A DNA stretch of 64,000 nucleotides from an uncultured Verrucomicrobiae bacterium. Its GTDB lineage: Bacteria > Verrucomicrobiota > Verrucomicrobiia > Chthoniobacterales > JAATET01. The stretch lies in assembly GCA_963719495.1 (NCBI GenBank), contig CAVRCI010000012.1, forward strand, positions 1 to 64,000, in the 5' to 3' direction. The notes below the pieces were generated by a model that did not search any database, was not told the DNA's origin, and saw only the letters and a program-made list of their open reading frames with translations. Both the position numbers and the translations under genes were made by a program. Numbering within the stretch: the first letter of the stretch is position 1; each line of letters opens with the position of its first letter. Positions 29,445 to 39,387 of the stretch are shown here, one piece after another.

Positions 29445-30275
29445 TTGGGGGAGCGCACCCGTCCCGCGCGCGAGCTGCGGCGTCCCGCCGCGGCACCCGG
29501 CAAATCGAGCAAAGCGAGAGAGCCGAAGCAACCAAGGAGCGGCGGCTTCCCGCCGCCCACCAACCCAATCCGGCGCCAGCCGGACACTTCTTTCACCATC
29601 AACCCGCCACCACCCCCCCGCGCGGCGAAAGCCACCCGCGCAAACCGCGCCGCCGCCCTCCTCCACCGCCTACCCGCCCTCTACCCCGACGCCCACTGCG
29701 AGCTCCGTTTCGAGAGTCCGCTCCAGCTCCTCGTCGCCACGATCCTCTCCGCCCAGTGCACCGACGTCCGCGTCAACCTCGTCACCCCCACCCTCTTCGC
29801 CCGCTGCCCGACGGTCGCTGATTTCGCCGCCATCCCGCCGGCCGAAATCGAAGCCCTCGTTCGCACCACCGGCTTCTTCCGCAACAAAGCGAAGAACATC
29901 CGCGCCGCCGCTCGACAAATCCTCGACCTCCACGGCGGCGAAGTCCCCCGCACCCTGGAGGAATTGTCCGCCCTCCCCGGCGTCGGCCGAAAAACCGCCA
30001 ACGTCGTCCTCGGCAACGCCTTCGCCCTCGACGCCGGCATCGTCGTCGACACCCACGTCGGCCGCCTCGCCAACCGCCTGGGCCTCACCACCCAAACCAA
30101 CCCGGTAAAAATCGAGCAAGACTTGATCAAGCTCTTCCCCAAAGACCATTGGACCATCCTAAGCCATTGGCTCATCGCCCACGGAAGAGCCCGCTGCAAA
30201 GCCAGAAACCCAGACTGCAAAAACTGCGAACTAAACAACCACTGCCCCTCCAAAAAAAGGTTCCTAAAAAGCTGA
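29445..30275 (+). CDS. nth: Endonuclease III (start codon uncertain)
   Basis: LLVATILSAQCTD, HhH LPGVGRKTANVV, VDTHV, FeS motif CKARNPDCKNCELNNHC. Confidence 0.93.
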   Translation: MGERTRPARELRRPAAAPGKSSKAREPKQPRSGGFPPPTNPIRRQPDTSFTINPPPPPRAAKATRANRAAALLHRLPALYPDAHCELRFESPLQLLVATILSAQCTDVRVNLVTPTLFARCPTVADFAAIPPAEIEALVRTTGFFRNKAKNIRAAARQILDLHGGEVPRTLEELSALPGVGRKTANVVLGNAFALDAGIVVDTHVGRLANRLGLTTQTNPVKIEQDLIKLFPKDHWTILSHWLIAHGRARCKARNPDCKNCELNNHCPSKKRFLKS

Positions 30276-30280
30276 CGCCC

Positions 30281-30383
30281 GCTCGAAGAGCGGCGATTTG
30301 CAATCGCCGAACCAACCCCACCCGGCAAAGCCGGTCACTCTCCGCATTGCGCTTCAAGGAGCGGCGGCTTCCAGCCGCCGAAG
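30281..30383 (+). repeat. Composite REP-like element, family B + family C hairpins (copy 1)
   Basis: GAGCGGCGATTTGCAATCGCCGAACCAACCC...TTCAAGGAGCGGCGGCTTCCAGCCGCCGAAG. Confidence 0.8.
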
Positions 30384-30440
30384 TCCGCCTCCACCCCGAC
30401 CCTCGCCCTCCCCCCACCAACCTGCTACCACACCCCAACC

Positions 30441-31118
30441 ATGAACGAGCTCACCGTCCCCCTCGTCATCGGAGGCATCGTCGTCCTCATCATCGGCATC
30501 GCCGTAGCCGCCTGGCGCATCGAACAAAAGCGAATCGAAGCCCTTCGCCAAGTCGCCACCAAGCTCGGCCTCGAATTCACCCGCGCCAAAGACCACGCCC
30601 TCGCCCGGCAATTCCGTTTCCTCAATCAGCTCCGATCCGGCGAAAACCGCTACGCCTTCCACGTTCTCACGGGCACCCTCGAAGGCGAGACCGTCCTGAC
30701 CTTCGACTACCACTACGAGACCACCTCCACCGACTCCAAGGGCCACCGCTCCACCAGCCACCACCACCTCCACGTCCACACCGTTCAGCTCCGCCGCGAA
30801 GTCCCCGAGACCCTCATCGCCCCCGAAGGCCTCTTCTCCAAGCTCGCCCAGGCCTTCGGCTACGACGACATCGACTTCGAATCCGCCGAATTCTCCCGCA
30901 AGTTCTGCGTCCGCTCGAAGGACAAACGCTTCGCCTACGACCTCTGCGACGCCCGCATGATCGAGTTCCTCCTCGCCCACCCCCGCCTCCAAATCGAAGC
31001 CGAAGGCACCACGCTCGCCGCCATCCACAGCGGAAAGATGAAACCCACCGACCTCGAATCCAAACTCCGCGACCTGCTCGAAATCCGCCGTCGCATCCCC
31101 ACCCACCTCGCAGTCTAA
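30441..31118 (+). CDS. Single-TM hypothetical protein, LemA partner (DUF3137-like)
   Basis: N-terminal TM; DDIDFESAEFSRKF motif; 7 nt upstream of lemA. Confidence 0.7.
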   Translation: MNELTVPLVIGGIVVLIIGIAVAAWRIEQKRIEALRQVATKLGLEFTRAKDHALARQFRFLNQLRSGENRYAFHVLTGTLEGETVLTFDYHYETTSTDSKGHRSTSHHHLHVHTVQLRREVPETLIAPEGLFSKLAQAFGYDDIDFESAEFSRKFCVRSKDKRFAYDLCDARMIEFLLAHPRLQIEAEGTTLAAIHSGKMKPTDLESKLRDLLEIRRRIPTHLAV

Positions 31119-31125
31119 GCCCCTC

Positions 31126-31686
31126 ATGGAAGCCCTCGTCTACCTCGCCATCCTCTTCCTCGCGATCATCCCGGTCCTCTACGCCCTCGTCCAATACAAC
31201 GGCCTCGTCGCGCTCAAAAACCACATCCGCGAATCCTGGAGCGACGTCGACACCGAGCTCAAACGCCGCTACGAGCTCATCCCCAACCTCGTCGCCACCG
31301 TCCAAGGCTACGCCGCTCACGAACGCGCCACCCTGGAAGAAGTCACCGCCCTCCGCACCCGCTGCGCCGCCAACGACGGATCCGTCACCTCCCAATCCGC
31401 CGACGAAACCCAACTCGACGCCAGTCTCACCCGCCTCCTCGTCGTCGCCGAAAACTACCCCGACCTCCGAGCCAACGAAAACTTCCTCCAGCTTCAGACC
31501 GAGCTGGCGAACACCGAAGACCGAATCCAGGCCGCCAGAAGGTTCTACAACGCCAACATCCGCGACTACCGCAACAAGTGCCAATCCTTCCCCAGCTCCA
31601 TCGTGGCAAGCCTCTTCAGCTTCCACCCCGAACCCTTCTTCGAACTGGACCCATCCAACCGAAAGACCCCAAAAATCGCGCTCTGA
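31126..31686 (+). CDS. lemA: LemA family protein
   Basis: YNGLV, WSDVDTELKRRYELIPNLV, ENYPDLRANENF, EDRIQAARRFYN. Confidence 0.95.
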   Translation: MEALVYLAILFLAIIPVLYALVQYNGLVALKNHIRESWSDVDTELKRRYELIPNLVATVQGYAAHERATLEEVTALRTRCAANDGSVTSQSADETQLDASLTRLLVVAENYPDLRANENFLQLQTELANTEDRIQAARRFYNANIRDYRNKCQSFPSSIVASLFSFHPEPFFELDPSNRKTPKIAL

Positions 31687-31694
31687 GCGAGCAA

Positions 31695-31796
31695 GCTCAA
31701 CGAGCGGCGATTTGCAATCGCCGAACCAACCCAAGCGGCGAAGCCGCCAATTTCTTCATCGATCCTTCAAGGAGCGGCGGCTTCCAGCCGCCGAAG
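31695..31796 (+). repeat. Composite REP-like element, family B + C (copy 2)
   Basis: Direct repeat of 30281-30383 with a diverged spacer. Confidence 0.8.
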
Positions 31797-31797
31797 C

Positions 31798-32175
31798 TCA
31801 AACCCCAAAAACCCGCAGGAACACCGGAGTATAAATCGCCCACCCCCAGACGTTGAACCAGGCCGCGTAAAAATAGATCGCCGTCACCAAAACGAGGATC
31901 ACCCGCGCAAACCGCCGAAACGTCACCGCCATCAGCAAAACCGCCAGCACCTGCCCGAGTTTCCCGATCAGCGGCCCAACGACCGGCCCGAAAACCTCCG
32001 AGACAACCCGAATCACCGGATGCAATTCGTCCGAAGCCGAACCGGCGGACATGAACCGAACCGTCGACCAGAAATCCAGCCCAGCCGCCACCCCCAAAAC
32101 CACCAAATCAGGCCAGAACTCCGCAACAAACCCCACCCAATTCACCCGAATCCGCAGACCGTAGAACTCAACCAC
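31798..32175 (-). CDS. Small membrane protein (DUF5658-like); start uncertain
   Basis: Three or four hydrophobic segments; LDFWST...G...ELHPVIR pattern. Confidence 0.5.
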   Translation of the reverse strand: MVEFYGLRIRVNWVGFVAEFWPDLVVLGVAAGLDFWSTVRFMSAGSASDELHPVIRVVSEVFGPVVGPLIGKLGQVLAVLLMAVTFRRFARVILVLVTAIYFYAAWFNVWGWAIYTPVFLRVFGV

Positions 32176-32269
32176 TCCCCGAACCAGATCCCTGAAGCGC
32201 GAATCGCCTCTAAAAAAGGTAGGGTAGCCGCGCCGCGGGTTCCGTGACCACCTCCCAGCGCTCTGATTC

Positions 32270-33388
32270 CTAGCCCGACGCCGTCCCAACCCCATCGCCT
32301 AGCCCCAGAGCAAACTTCGCGATCTCGTCCGCCGCCATCGGCTTCTGCACCGCCGCCAGATTCCGCTTCCACCGCCGCCATCCCGCCGCATCATCCGCGA
32401 CCGCCTCGGCGACGCGCTTCGCCAATTCATCCGGCCGCCCCATCGCCGGCTTCCCTACGTTCAGCCGCTCGATGAGCGCAATGTTGCCTTCCTCCTGACC
32501 CGGCACCACGTGACTCACCAAGAACGGACACCGCGCCGCGATCGCCTCCTGCACGATCGCCCCCCCCGCCTTTCCAATGAAAACGTGGTGCGACGAAAGC
32601 AGCCGCGGCATCTGATCGGTCCACCCTAGAATCCGCACCCTCCGATCCGCCTCCAACCCGGAGTGCCGCAGCGCCCGGTGCAACCGATCGTGCCGACCCG
32701 CCAGCACCGTCAACTCGACGTCCGGCAACCGAAGCAAGGCCGTAATCTGCCGCATCGTCCGCACAAGTTGCGTCGATGGCATGAAGAGAAGTTTCCAAGG
32801 TTTTCCCGCCGATTCCGGCAGCGGCTCGACCGCCGCGAACTTCCGCGACACCGGGAACCCCAGCGAATGCACGATCGCCGGGTCGACCCCGTTGCCCACC
32901 ACCACCTTCGCCGTCTCGTCATCCGCCACCACGAACGCGTCCGACCGGCACCGATACCAGGCGGAATTCACCTCCACCGAATCCGTGATGACCGTCACAA
33001 ACGGCGTTCGAAGCCCCGGCTGCCGCTTCTGAATCTTCCGAAACAGATACGCGTAAAGCGGATACGTCGAAATCACGACCGCCGGTTCGTGTTCCCGCAA
33101 TTCCTCCTCCATCGCCCGCTCCAGCGCCCCGGTCGTCCACATCATCCGCTCCATCAGACCCGGATGATCGAGCGCCTTGAAAATGAGATCCCAGATCCAG
33201 GGAAAACGATTGATCGCCAGCGAGTACCCGACCTGCACCGACCGGTCGATCAGCGGCACCGCGCGAGCATAGAGGTCGACCACCGTCCCCCGCGCGTCAT
33301 CGCGAGCCGCCACGGCCTCCGCGATCCCCTTGGCCGCCGCGTTGTGTCCGTCGCCAAAGCTGGCGGTCAGAACCAGGACATTCTTCAT
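32270..33388 (-). CDS. MGDG synthase/UgtP-like glycosyltransferase (GT28)
   Basis: LTASFGDGHNAAA, ISTYP, TVITD, GFPV, GKAGG, VPGQEEGN. Confidence 0.88.
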   Translation of the reverse strand: MKNVLVLTASFGDGHNAAAKGIAEAVAARDDARGTVVDLYARAVPLIDRSVQVGYSLAINRFPWIWDLIFKALDHPGLMERMMWTTGALERAMEEELREHEPAVVISTYPLYAYLFRKIQKRQPGLRTPFVTVITDSVEVNSAWYRCRSDAFVVADDETAKVVVGNGVDPAIVHSLGFPVSRKFAAVEPLPESAGKPWKLLFMPSTQLVRTMRQITALLRLPDVELTVLAGRHDRLHRALRHSGLEADRRVRILGWTDQMPRLLSSHHVFIGKAGGAIVQEAIAARCPFLVSHVVPGQEEGNIALIERLNVGKPAMGRPDELAKRVAEAVADDAAGWRRWKRNLAAVQKPMAADEIAKFALGLGDGVGTASG

Positions 33389-33398
33389 GCCGACGATT

Positions 33399-34121
33399 TT
33401 ACAATCCGCTCAGCGCTTTGCGAGCCCGCTCCTGCGAGTCCCGCTCCTCCTGATCCACCGGCTTCAAATCCAACGCGGCCGCCAATTCCTTCTCCGCCTT
33501 CGCATCGTCGCCCACCGCCAGATAAGCTCGACCCAATTCCGCCCGATACATCGCCCGATCCCCGTCCAGCGCCACCGCCCGCTCCAGGCATTCGACCGCC
33601 CGTTCGTTCGACGCGTCCGGCATTTTTCCGAAGAACGTCTCGGCAAAAAACTTCGTCCCGCCCCCGAGATTCGCCAACTCGTAATTCCACCGCCCCAGCA
33701 CAAACCAAGCCAGCGAGTTCCCCGCATCCAGCTCGATCGCCCGCTCCGCCTCGTCCCGGATCTCCCCGGCGTCCTTGATCCGCTCCCTCGCCGACTTCAA
33801 AAACGACAATTTCCCCACGGTGATGGCCACCGACAAATGAGCCTCCGAGTTCGAGTCATCCGCCGCCACCGACTCCCTCGCCAGCTTCAGCGCCTCCAAT
33901 CCCAACTCCCGCTTTGCCCCGCTGGAACCAACCTCCCCCATCCGCTCCACCAAAGCCTTCGACTCCATCCGCAAAGCCTCCGACTTCGCCAAATCCCCCG
34001 CCGAAACAAACGTCAAGCCAACCGCCCCGAAGAGGGCGATCCAAACCCGGAGGGCGAGGCTCCCGCCGAGCCGTGGCCCCCACCGACAGCCGCCCAAACC
34101 ACCCGACGCCCCGCCCCTCAT
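33399..34121 (-). CDS. Secreted TPR protein resembling RMDN (regulator of microtubule dynamics) family
   Basis: ATG overlaps the upstream stop (ATGA); hydrophobic signal; [15 protein letters not shown]...FFG..PDAS.E.A...LERA. Confidence 0.65.
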   Translation of the reverse strand: MRGGASGGLGGCRWGPRLGGSLALRVWIALFGAVGLTFVSAGDLAKSEALRMESKALVERMGEVGSSGAKRELGLEALKLARESVAADDSNSEAHLSVAITVGKLSFLKSARERIKDAGEIRDEAERAIELDAGNSLAWFVLGRWNYELANLGGGTKFFAETFFGKMPDASNERAVECLERAVALDGDRAMYRAELGRAYLAVGDDAKAEKELAAALDLKPVDQEERDSQERARKALSGL

Positions 34122-35158
34122 TTCACGAACAAATAATGCGAAACGATCCACTCGTTCCCGCCCCGAAACCCCCAAAGCTCCGCGCACGACATGTAAAACA
34201 CCCGCCAATAAGCCCGCCATTTTCCGACGTTCGCCTCGCCATAAACCTCCGCCAAAATTGGACGCACCTTCGCATCGTTCGCATCCATCTCCGCCAGCCA
34301 CGCCTCCGAGGTCCGCTGATAATGCGTCCCGCTCACCTGCCAATGCCGCGCGATTTTGAGATCCTCCTGGAAATAAAGCAGCAAGTCGTCCGAAGGCATC
34401 GTCCCTCCCTCGAAAAAATACCGCGTGATCCAGTCCGAAGGATCCGTCCCCTCGAAGTGGTAGGCAAACCGCACGTGCGTGAAAATGTGCACGAACAACT
34501 TCCCACCCGGCACCATCCACGAAGCCACCCGCCGCATCAGCTCCCGGTAATTCTTCATGTGCTCGAACATCTCGACGCTCACCACCCGGTCAAACTGACC
34601 CTCCTCCAGCGCGAGCTCGTTCATGTCGCAAGTGATCACCGTCACGTTCCCGAATCCCCGCTCCGCGCACACCGCCTCGATGTGCTCCCGCTGCGTGGCC
34701 GAATTCGACACCGCGGTAATGAGCAAAGTCGGATACTTCTCCGCCATCCACAAAGTCAGACTCCCCCACCCGCACCCAAGCTCCAAAATACGCTGACCCT
34801 CCACCAAGGCCCCAAGCTCCGCCCGCTCGCACGACAGCGCCAGCATCGCCTCCTCCGACTCCGCAAACGTCGTGTCCGGCTTCGGCCAATACCCCGAGCT
34901 GTATTTCATCCGAGGCCCCAGACACAATTTGAAGAACTCCGTCGGCACCTCGTAATGCTGCTCGTTGGCCGCCTCGGTCTTGATCGCAATCGGGCTCGTC
35001 TTCAGTTCATCGACAAAAGCCTGCAAAGCCCCCTGCTGAGCCTCGACCCCACCCCGGTCCTCCTCCTTCAGTTTCCTGGCAAGCAGGTTCCGAATCCCAA
35101 TCCGCACCACCGCATCCGGCACCAGCCCCTTAGCCAAAAGTTCATCAATCGAAATCAT
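34118..35158 (-). CDS. SAM-dependent methyltransferase, CFA/coclaurine N-methyltransferase-like
   Basis: [43 protein letters not shown]. Confidence 0.92.
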   Translation of the reverse strand: MISIDELLAKGLVPDAVVRIGIRNLLARKLKEEDRGGVEAQQGALQAFVDELKTSPIAIKTEAANEQHYEVPTEFFKLCLGPRMKYSSGYWPKPDTTFAESEEAMLALSCERAELGALVEGQRILELGCGWGSLTLWMAEKYPTLLITAVSNSATQREHIEAVCAERGFGNVTVITCDMNELALEEGQFDRVVSVEMFEHMKNYRELMRRVASWMVPGGKLFVHIFTHVRFAYHFEGTDPSDWITRYFFEGGTMPSDDLLLYFQEDLKIARHWQVSGTHYQRTSEAWLAEMDANDAKVRPILAEVYGEANVGKWRAYWRVFYMSCAELWGFRGGNEWIVSHYLFVK

Positions 35159-35211
35159 AATTCACATTCGCGTCCATTCGCGTCCATTAGCGGTTGACTG
35201 CACGAATCCCA

Positions 35212-36006
35212 TCAATCGCGCTTGGGGAACCAAGGCACGAACACGCTCGTCGTCCGCTGATACTCCCGATACTTGTCCCCGCGCGATTTGAGCGATTGCT
35301 CCTCCGCCGTCGGCACGCCCGTCACCTTCAACAGGAAATACAACATGATCGCCGGACAAAACGCCGAGATCCACCCGTCCTCCGTCCCCAAGGCAAACAC
35401 AAAATACCCGACCCACACCAGCCACTCGCAGAAATAATTCGGGTGCCGCGAATACCGCCACAACCCCGTCTGGCAAACCTCCCCCTTGTTCTCATCCTTC
35501 GAACGAAACTGATCCAACTGCCAATCCGCCACACTCTCCCCAACCATCGCGATCAACCAGATCGCCACCCCCGCCCACTCGAACGGCCCGATCACCGCAC
35601 CCTGATTTTGAGCCACGAACGCAAACGGCACCGTCAGCAAAGCCAGCAGCACCGCCTGCAGCTGAAAAAAACCAAAGAACATTAGCCACGGCCGCTCGGA
35701 GAATTGCTCCCGCAATGTCGCGTAGCGCCCATCCTCCTCCGGATGATGCTTGGCGACCCGCCGCCACAAATGCGTCCCCAGCCGCAAGCTCCACAACGAC
35801 ACCATCACCGCAATGAGGGTTTTCCGATCCTGCGCTCCGGTGCCCAACACCCAATACGCCCCGACCAACAACGTGAAACCCAACGACCACGCGACATCCA
35901 CGACGCTCGCGTTGTCGATCCGCTTCGCGAAAAGCCACGTCGCCACCATGAGAACCATCGCCAGCGCAAACCCGACGGTCATCAAAAACCAAAAATCCTC
36001 ACTCAT
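35212..36006 (-). CDS. DUF1295 steroid 5-alpha-reductase-like membrane protein
   Basis: SVVDVAWS, EDGRY, ADWQL..F, GLWRYSRHPNYFCEW. Confidence 0.92.
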   Translation of the reverse strand: MSEDFWFLMTVGFALAMVLMVATWLFAKRIDNASVVDVAWSLGFTLLVGAYWVLGTGAQDRKTLIAVMVSLWSLRLGTHLWRRVAKHHPEEDGRYATLREQFSERPWLMFFGFFQLQAVLLALLTVPFAFVAQNQGAVIGPFEWAGVAIWLIAMVGESVADWQLDQFRSKDENKGEVCQTGLWRYSRHPNYFCEWLVWVGYFVFALGTEDGWISAFCPAIMLYFLLKVTGVPTAEEQSLKSRGDKYREYQRTTSVFVPWFPKRD

Positions 36007-37268
36007 GCCCTGACATCGTTTCCGCCCCCGCCGCCAATTTCATAAACCTCCGACGTAATCCCAAGATTATTCGGCCGCGTGTAGATCGCCTGCACCACCG
36101 AGATGTGCCGCGCCCCGAAAGCCGCCTCGCAATACCGCAAATAATACCGCCACTTCCGCAGGAACCGCTCGTCGAATCCCAGCGCCAACACCTCGTCCCG
36201 CGCCGCCTCGAACGCCTCCGCCCACAGCTTGAGCGTCTTCGCGTAGCAAAGCCCCATGTCCTCCCAATCGTAGAGATTCAGCCAGCCCGTCTTGTTGAAC
36301 GCCTCCGTCATCCGAGCCTGCGACACCAGCAGCGACCCCGGGAAAATGTGCTTCTGAATGAAATCCACCCCGTCCCTCAGAATTTTGAACTGCCGGTCCG
36401 GGCAAGTGATCATCTGCAATCCCATCATCCCCCGCGGCCGCAGCAGCCGACCGCAAGCCGCGACGAAGGTATCCAAATACGCGTCGCCCACGGCCTCGAT
36501 CATCTCGATCGACACGATCTTATCGAACTGACCCGTGATGTTCCGATAGTCCTCGAGCTTCACCGTCACCCGGTCCGCCAACCCCGCCGCCTCGATCCGC
36601 GCCGTCGCCTCGGCGAATTGCTCGTCCGAGATCGTCACCGTCGTCACCCGGCACCCGTACGTCCCCGCCGCGTGCAGGCTGAACCCCCCCCACCCGGTCC
36701 CGATCTCGAGCACCTCGTCGTCCGACCCAATTTGGAGTTTGCGGCAGAGCTGATCGTATTTCTTCGTCTGCGCGTCCTCCAACGATAGGTCCGCCGGATC
36801 GAAATAAGCGCTGGAATACGTCATCGTCGGATCCAGCCACAGCTTGAAAAACGCGTTGCTCAGATCGTAGTGCTCGCGAATGTTCCGCCGACTCGTTTTA
36901 AGGCTGTTCGGCCGACGTTTGTGCAACAGCCGGTTGTAGGCGTTCAGCAAACCGATCCCGACCCCCGCCCGGCCACCCTCCGTCCGCATCCCCGCGGTCG
37001 AATCCGCGTTCAGAATGAAGAACGCGATCACCAGCGCCAGATCCGGCGTGTCCCAATCGCCATCCACGTAAGCCTCCCCCAGCCCGATCGGCCCCGACAC
37101 CACGCACCTGCGAAAAAACGTCTCCCGCCGCACCTCGATCCGCGCGTCCAGGCCCGGATACAGCCCGCCGAACCGCAGCTCCTCGCCGTCCGGCAGCTCG
37201 AAAACCAACGTCCCACGAGTCAGCGACCCAAGGCTTTTGAGGACGAATTTCCGAAACAACGAATTCAT
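36003..37268 (-). CDS. Cyclopropane-fatty-acyl-phospholipid synthase family methyltransferase (UfaM-like)
   Basis: GLGEAYVDGDW, NIREHYDLSN, MTYSSA, LEIGTGWG, SIEMIEAVG, FIQKHIFPG. An alternative start lies at 37334. Confidence 0.92.
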   Translation of the reverse strand: MNSLFRKFVLKSLGSLTRGTLVFELPDGEELRFGGLYPGLDARIEVRRETFFRRCVVSGPIGLGEAYVDGDWDTPDLALVIAFFILNADSTAGMRTEGGRAGVGIGLLNAYNRLLHKRRPNSLKTSRRNIREHYDLSNAFFKLWLDPTMTYSSAYFDPADLSLEDAQTKKYDQLCRKLQIGSDDEVLEIGTGWGGFSLHAAGTYGCRVTTVTISDEQFAEATARIEAAGLADRVTVKLEDYRNITGQFDKIVSIEMIEAVGDAYLDTFVAACGRLLRPRGMMGLQMITCPDRQFKILRDGVDFIQKHIFPGSLLVSQARMTEAFNKTGWLNLYDWEDMGLCYAKTLKLWAEAFEAARDEVLALGFDERFLRKWRYYLRYCEAAFGARHISVVQAIYTRPNNLGITSEVYEIGGGGGNDVRA

Positions 37269-37320
37269 GACGACAGCCTTACGTCCGAACCCGAATTGGC
37301 GATGAATAAATTGTGGACCC

Positions 37321-38481
37321 TCACTCGCGGACAAACTGACTCTCGTCTCGCGGCACCTTTCCCGGGCGAATCGCCATGAGAAAGCGGACGATCCGCTCGG
37401 CCCCGTGAGGCGACCCGGCCCCGCGGCCGTTCTCCGACAGCGTCACCAATCCCGCGCAATCGTCCGCGATCAACTCCTCGACCTTGGGCCGGACCCCCGT
37501 CCGCTTTCGCACGAAAAATCCCGCACCCAGCCGTTTCAACAACTTCGCGTTCCCCGGCTCCTGGCCCGGCACCGCCTTCGTCACGATCATCGGCAGATTC
37601 GCCGCCAACGCCTCCTGCGTCGTCGCCCCCCCCGCCTTCGCCACCAGCAGATGACTCCGCGCAAAAAGCTCCGCGTGCCGCTTCGTCCAGCCCAGCACAT
37701 TCACCCGACCGCCGCGCCGCCGCATCTCCCGGCGCAGCGCCTTCAACAACTTCACGTCGAACGCCACCGTGATCGTGAGCTCGATCCCAGGAATGTCCGC
37801 CAGTTCCTTCGCGATCCAATCCGAATCCAGCCGACCCGAATTGATCATGTAAAGCACCCGCACGGCCTCACCCGCCCGCGGCGGAATGGACCGCCCAGCT
37901 TTCGCACATTCCACCGCAATGTCGGGATTGACCGCGAATCCCAGCGGCAGGATTTTCTCGTCCGGAATCCCCCGCGACCGGACCACGTCCGCCGTCATCC
38001 GGTTCGGCACCACGATCGCGTCACAAGCCGCGCCCGTCCAAACGGTGTTCACGGTGATCGAATCCGTCACCACGATGACGTTCGCGCAGTCCGGATAGGG
38101 CTCGAGCAGCCGGTAATATTCCAAAAAATGCGGAAAGATCGGGTAGGTCGACACCACCACGTCCGGCCGCTCCTCCGCCAACAACTCACGCAGCCGCTTT
38201 TTGAGATCCTGCATCACCCACAGACTGATCCGCGTGTGCCACGGTTGATCGATGATCAAAAAGTAAATCCCCCACACCCACGGCACGCAGCGAATGAGCC
38301 ACAGATAAAAACGCCGCGACCACGGATAAAGCTCATCCCCCGTCCGCTTGAGCGGATCGACCACCAACAGCTCGACCTCCTCGCCCTCGGCCCGCAACCG
38401 CTCGGTCACCCGCTTCAGCGCCGCCGAAGCACTGTGGTGCCCCTGCCCAAACCCAGCCGATAAAACGAGAATCTTCCTCAC
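37321..38481 (-). CDS. Second MGDG synthase/UgtP-like glycosyltransferase (GT28)
   Basis: LSAGFGQGHHSAS, VSTYP, VVTD, KAGGATTQE, VPGQEPGN. Confidence 0.88.
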   Translation of the reverse strand: MRKILVLSAGFGQGHHSASAALKRVTERLRAEGEEVELLVVDPLKRTGDELYPWSRRFYLWLIRCVPWVWGIYFLIIDQPWHTRISLWVMQDLKKRLRELLAEERPDVVVSTYPIFPHFLEYYRLLEPYPDCANVIVVTDSITVNTVWTGAACDAIVVPNRMTADVVRSRGIPDEKILPLGFAVNPDIAVECAKAGRSIPPRAGEAVRVLYMINSGRLDSDWIAKELADIPGIELTITVAFDVKLLKALRREMRRRGGRVNVLGWTKRHAELFARSHLLVAKAGGATTQEALAANLPMIVTKAVPGQEPGNAKLLKRLGAGFFVRKRTGVRPKVEELIADDCAGLVTLSENGRGAGSPHGAERIVRFLMAIRPGKVPRDESQFVRE

Positions 38482-38599
38482 AGAAGTCCCACTAAACCCA
38501 CTCCCCCGCCACCTGACCAGCCCCCGCTCGCCATAATCGTGGCATCGGCTTCCAGCCGATCACCAAACCCACGCGAAGCGCAAACTTCATTCCTCACCC

Positions 38600-39379
38600 C
38601 TACCGTCGCAAAGACTCGTGCGGATTATAAACCTCCCGCTGCAACTCCGGCTCCGCCTCCTTCCTCCGAAACGGCAAACCCTTCCACCACAGCTTCAGCG
38701 CCTCCCAGTGAATCCCCCCGATCACCTGTAGCGTCACGAACGGATACTTCACCGTCATCCAAATCAAATTCGAGGTCGTCAATTCCAACCGCTCTCCGGT
38801 CAGCGAAGTCACCAACTCCCGCTCATCCCCCCGCCAATCGTCGATCCAAACCCCCAACCGCTCACCCGGCACCGCGAACCGGAAATCAAACTCCAAATCC
38901 AAATCGGCAAACGGCGACACGTAAAAATGCTTCGTCACCCGCCGCTCCATCCGCCCCCCGCCAGCCGCCGGCACCAGATACAATTTCAGTTCCCGAAACG
39001 TATTCCCGACCTGAATCACCGACGCAAAAGCCAACCCACCCGCGTCGTAGCAGTAAAAAATCGTGACCGGATTGAAGATGTAGCCCACCACCCGAGGCAG
39101 CGTCAGCATCCGGATCCGATCCGGCCGCCGCGCCTCACCATTCTCCCGCAAAAACTCCTCCACCGTCCCCCGCAGACCCGCCCCGCCCAGCGAGTAATAA
39201 TCCGACTCCCGCAACGAATACAGATTCGGCTCGTTGAACCCAAACAGCGGCACCCGGTCCGTCACCTCCGCCAGCTCATCCAGATCGAGCCAGAACATGA
39301 AGATCCGATAACCAAACTCATGCCGCTTCGGCGCAAGCCGCCGGTGCATCACCGAACATTCGTAGAGGCACGATTCCAT
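38600..39379 (-). CDS. DUF1365 protein (UfaO-like)
   Basis: VMHRRLAPKRHEF, GYIFNPVTIFYC, NTFRE, KHFYVSPF, IHWEALKLW. Confidence 0.92.
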   Translation of the reverse strand: MESCLYECSVMHRRLAPKRHEFGYRIFMFWLDLDELAEVTDRVPLFGFNEPNLYSLRESDYYSLGGAGLRGTVEEFLRENGEARRPDRIRMLTLPRVVGYIFNPVTIFYCYDAGGLAFASVIQVGNTFRELKLYLVPAAGGGRMERRVTKHFYVSPFADLDLEFDFRFAVPGERLGVWIDDWRGDERELVTSLTGERLELTTSNLIWMTVKYPFVTLQVIGGIHWEALKLWWKGLPFRRKEAEPELQREVYNPHESLRR

Positions 39380-39387
39380 CGCGCCGC

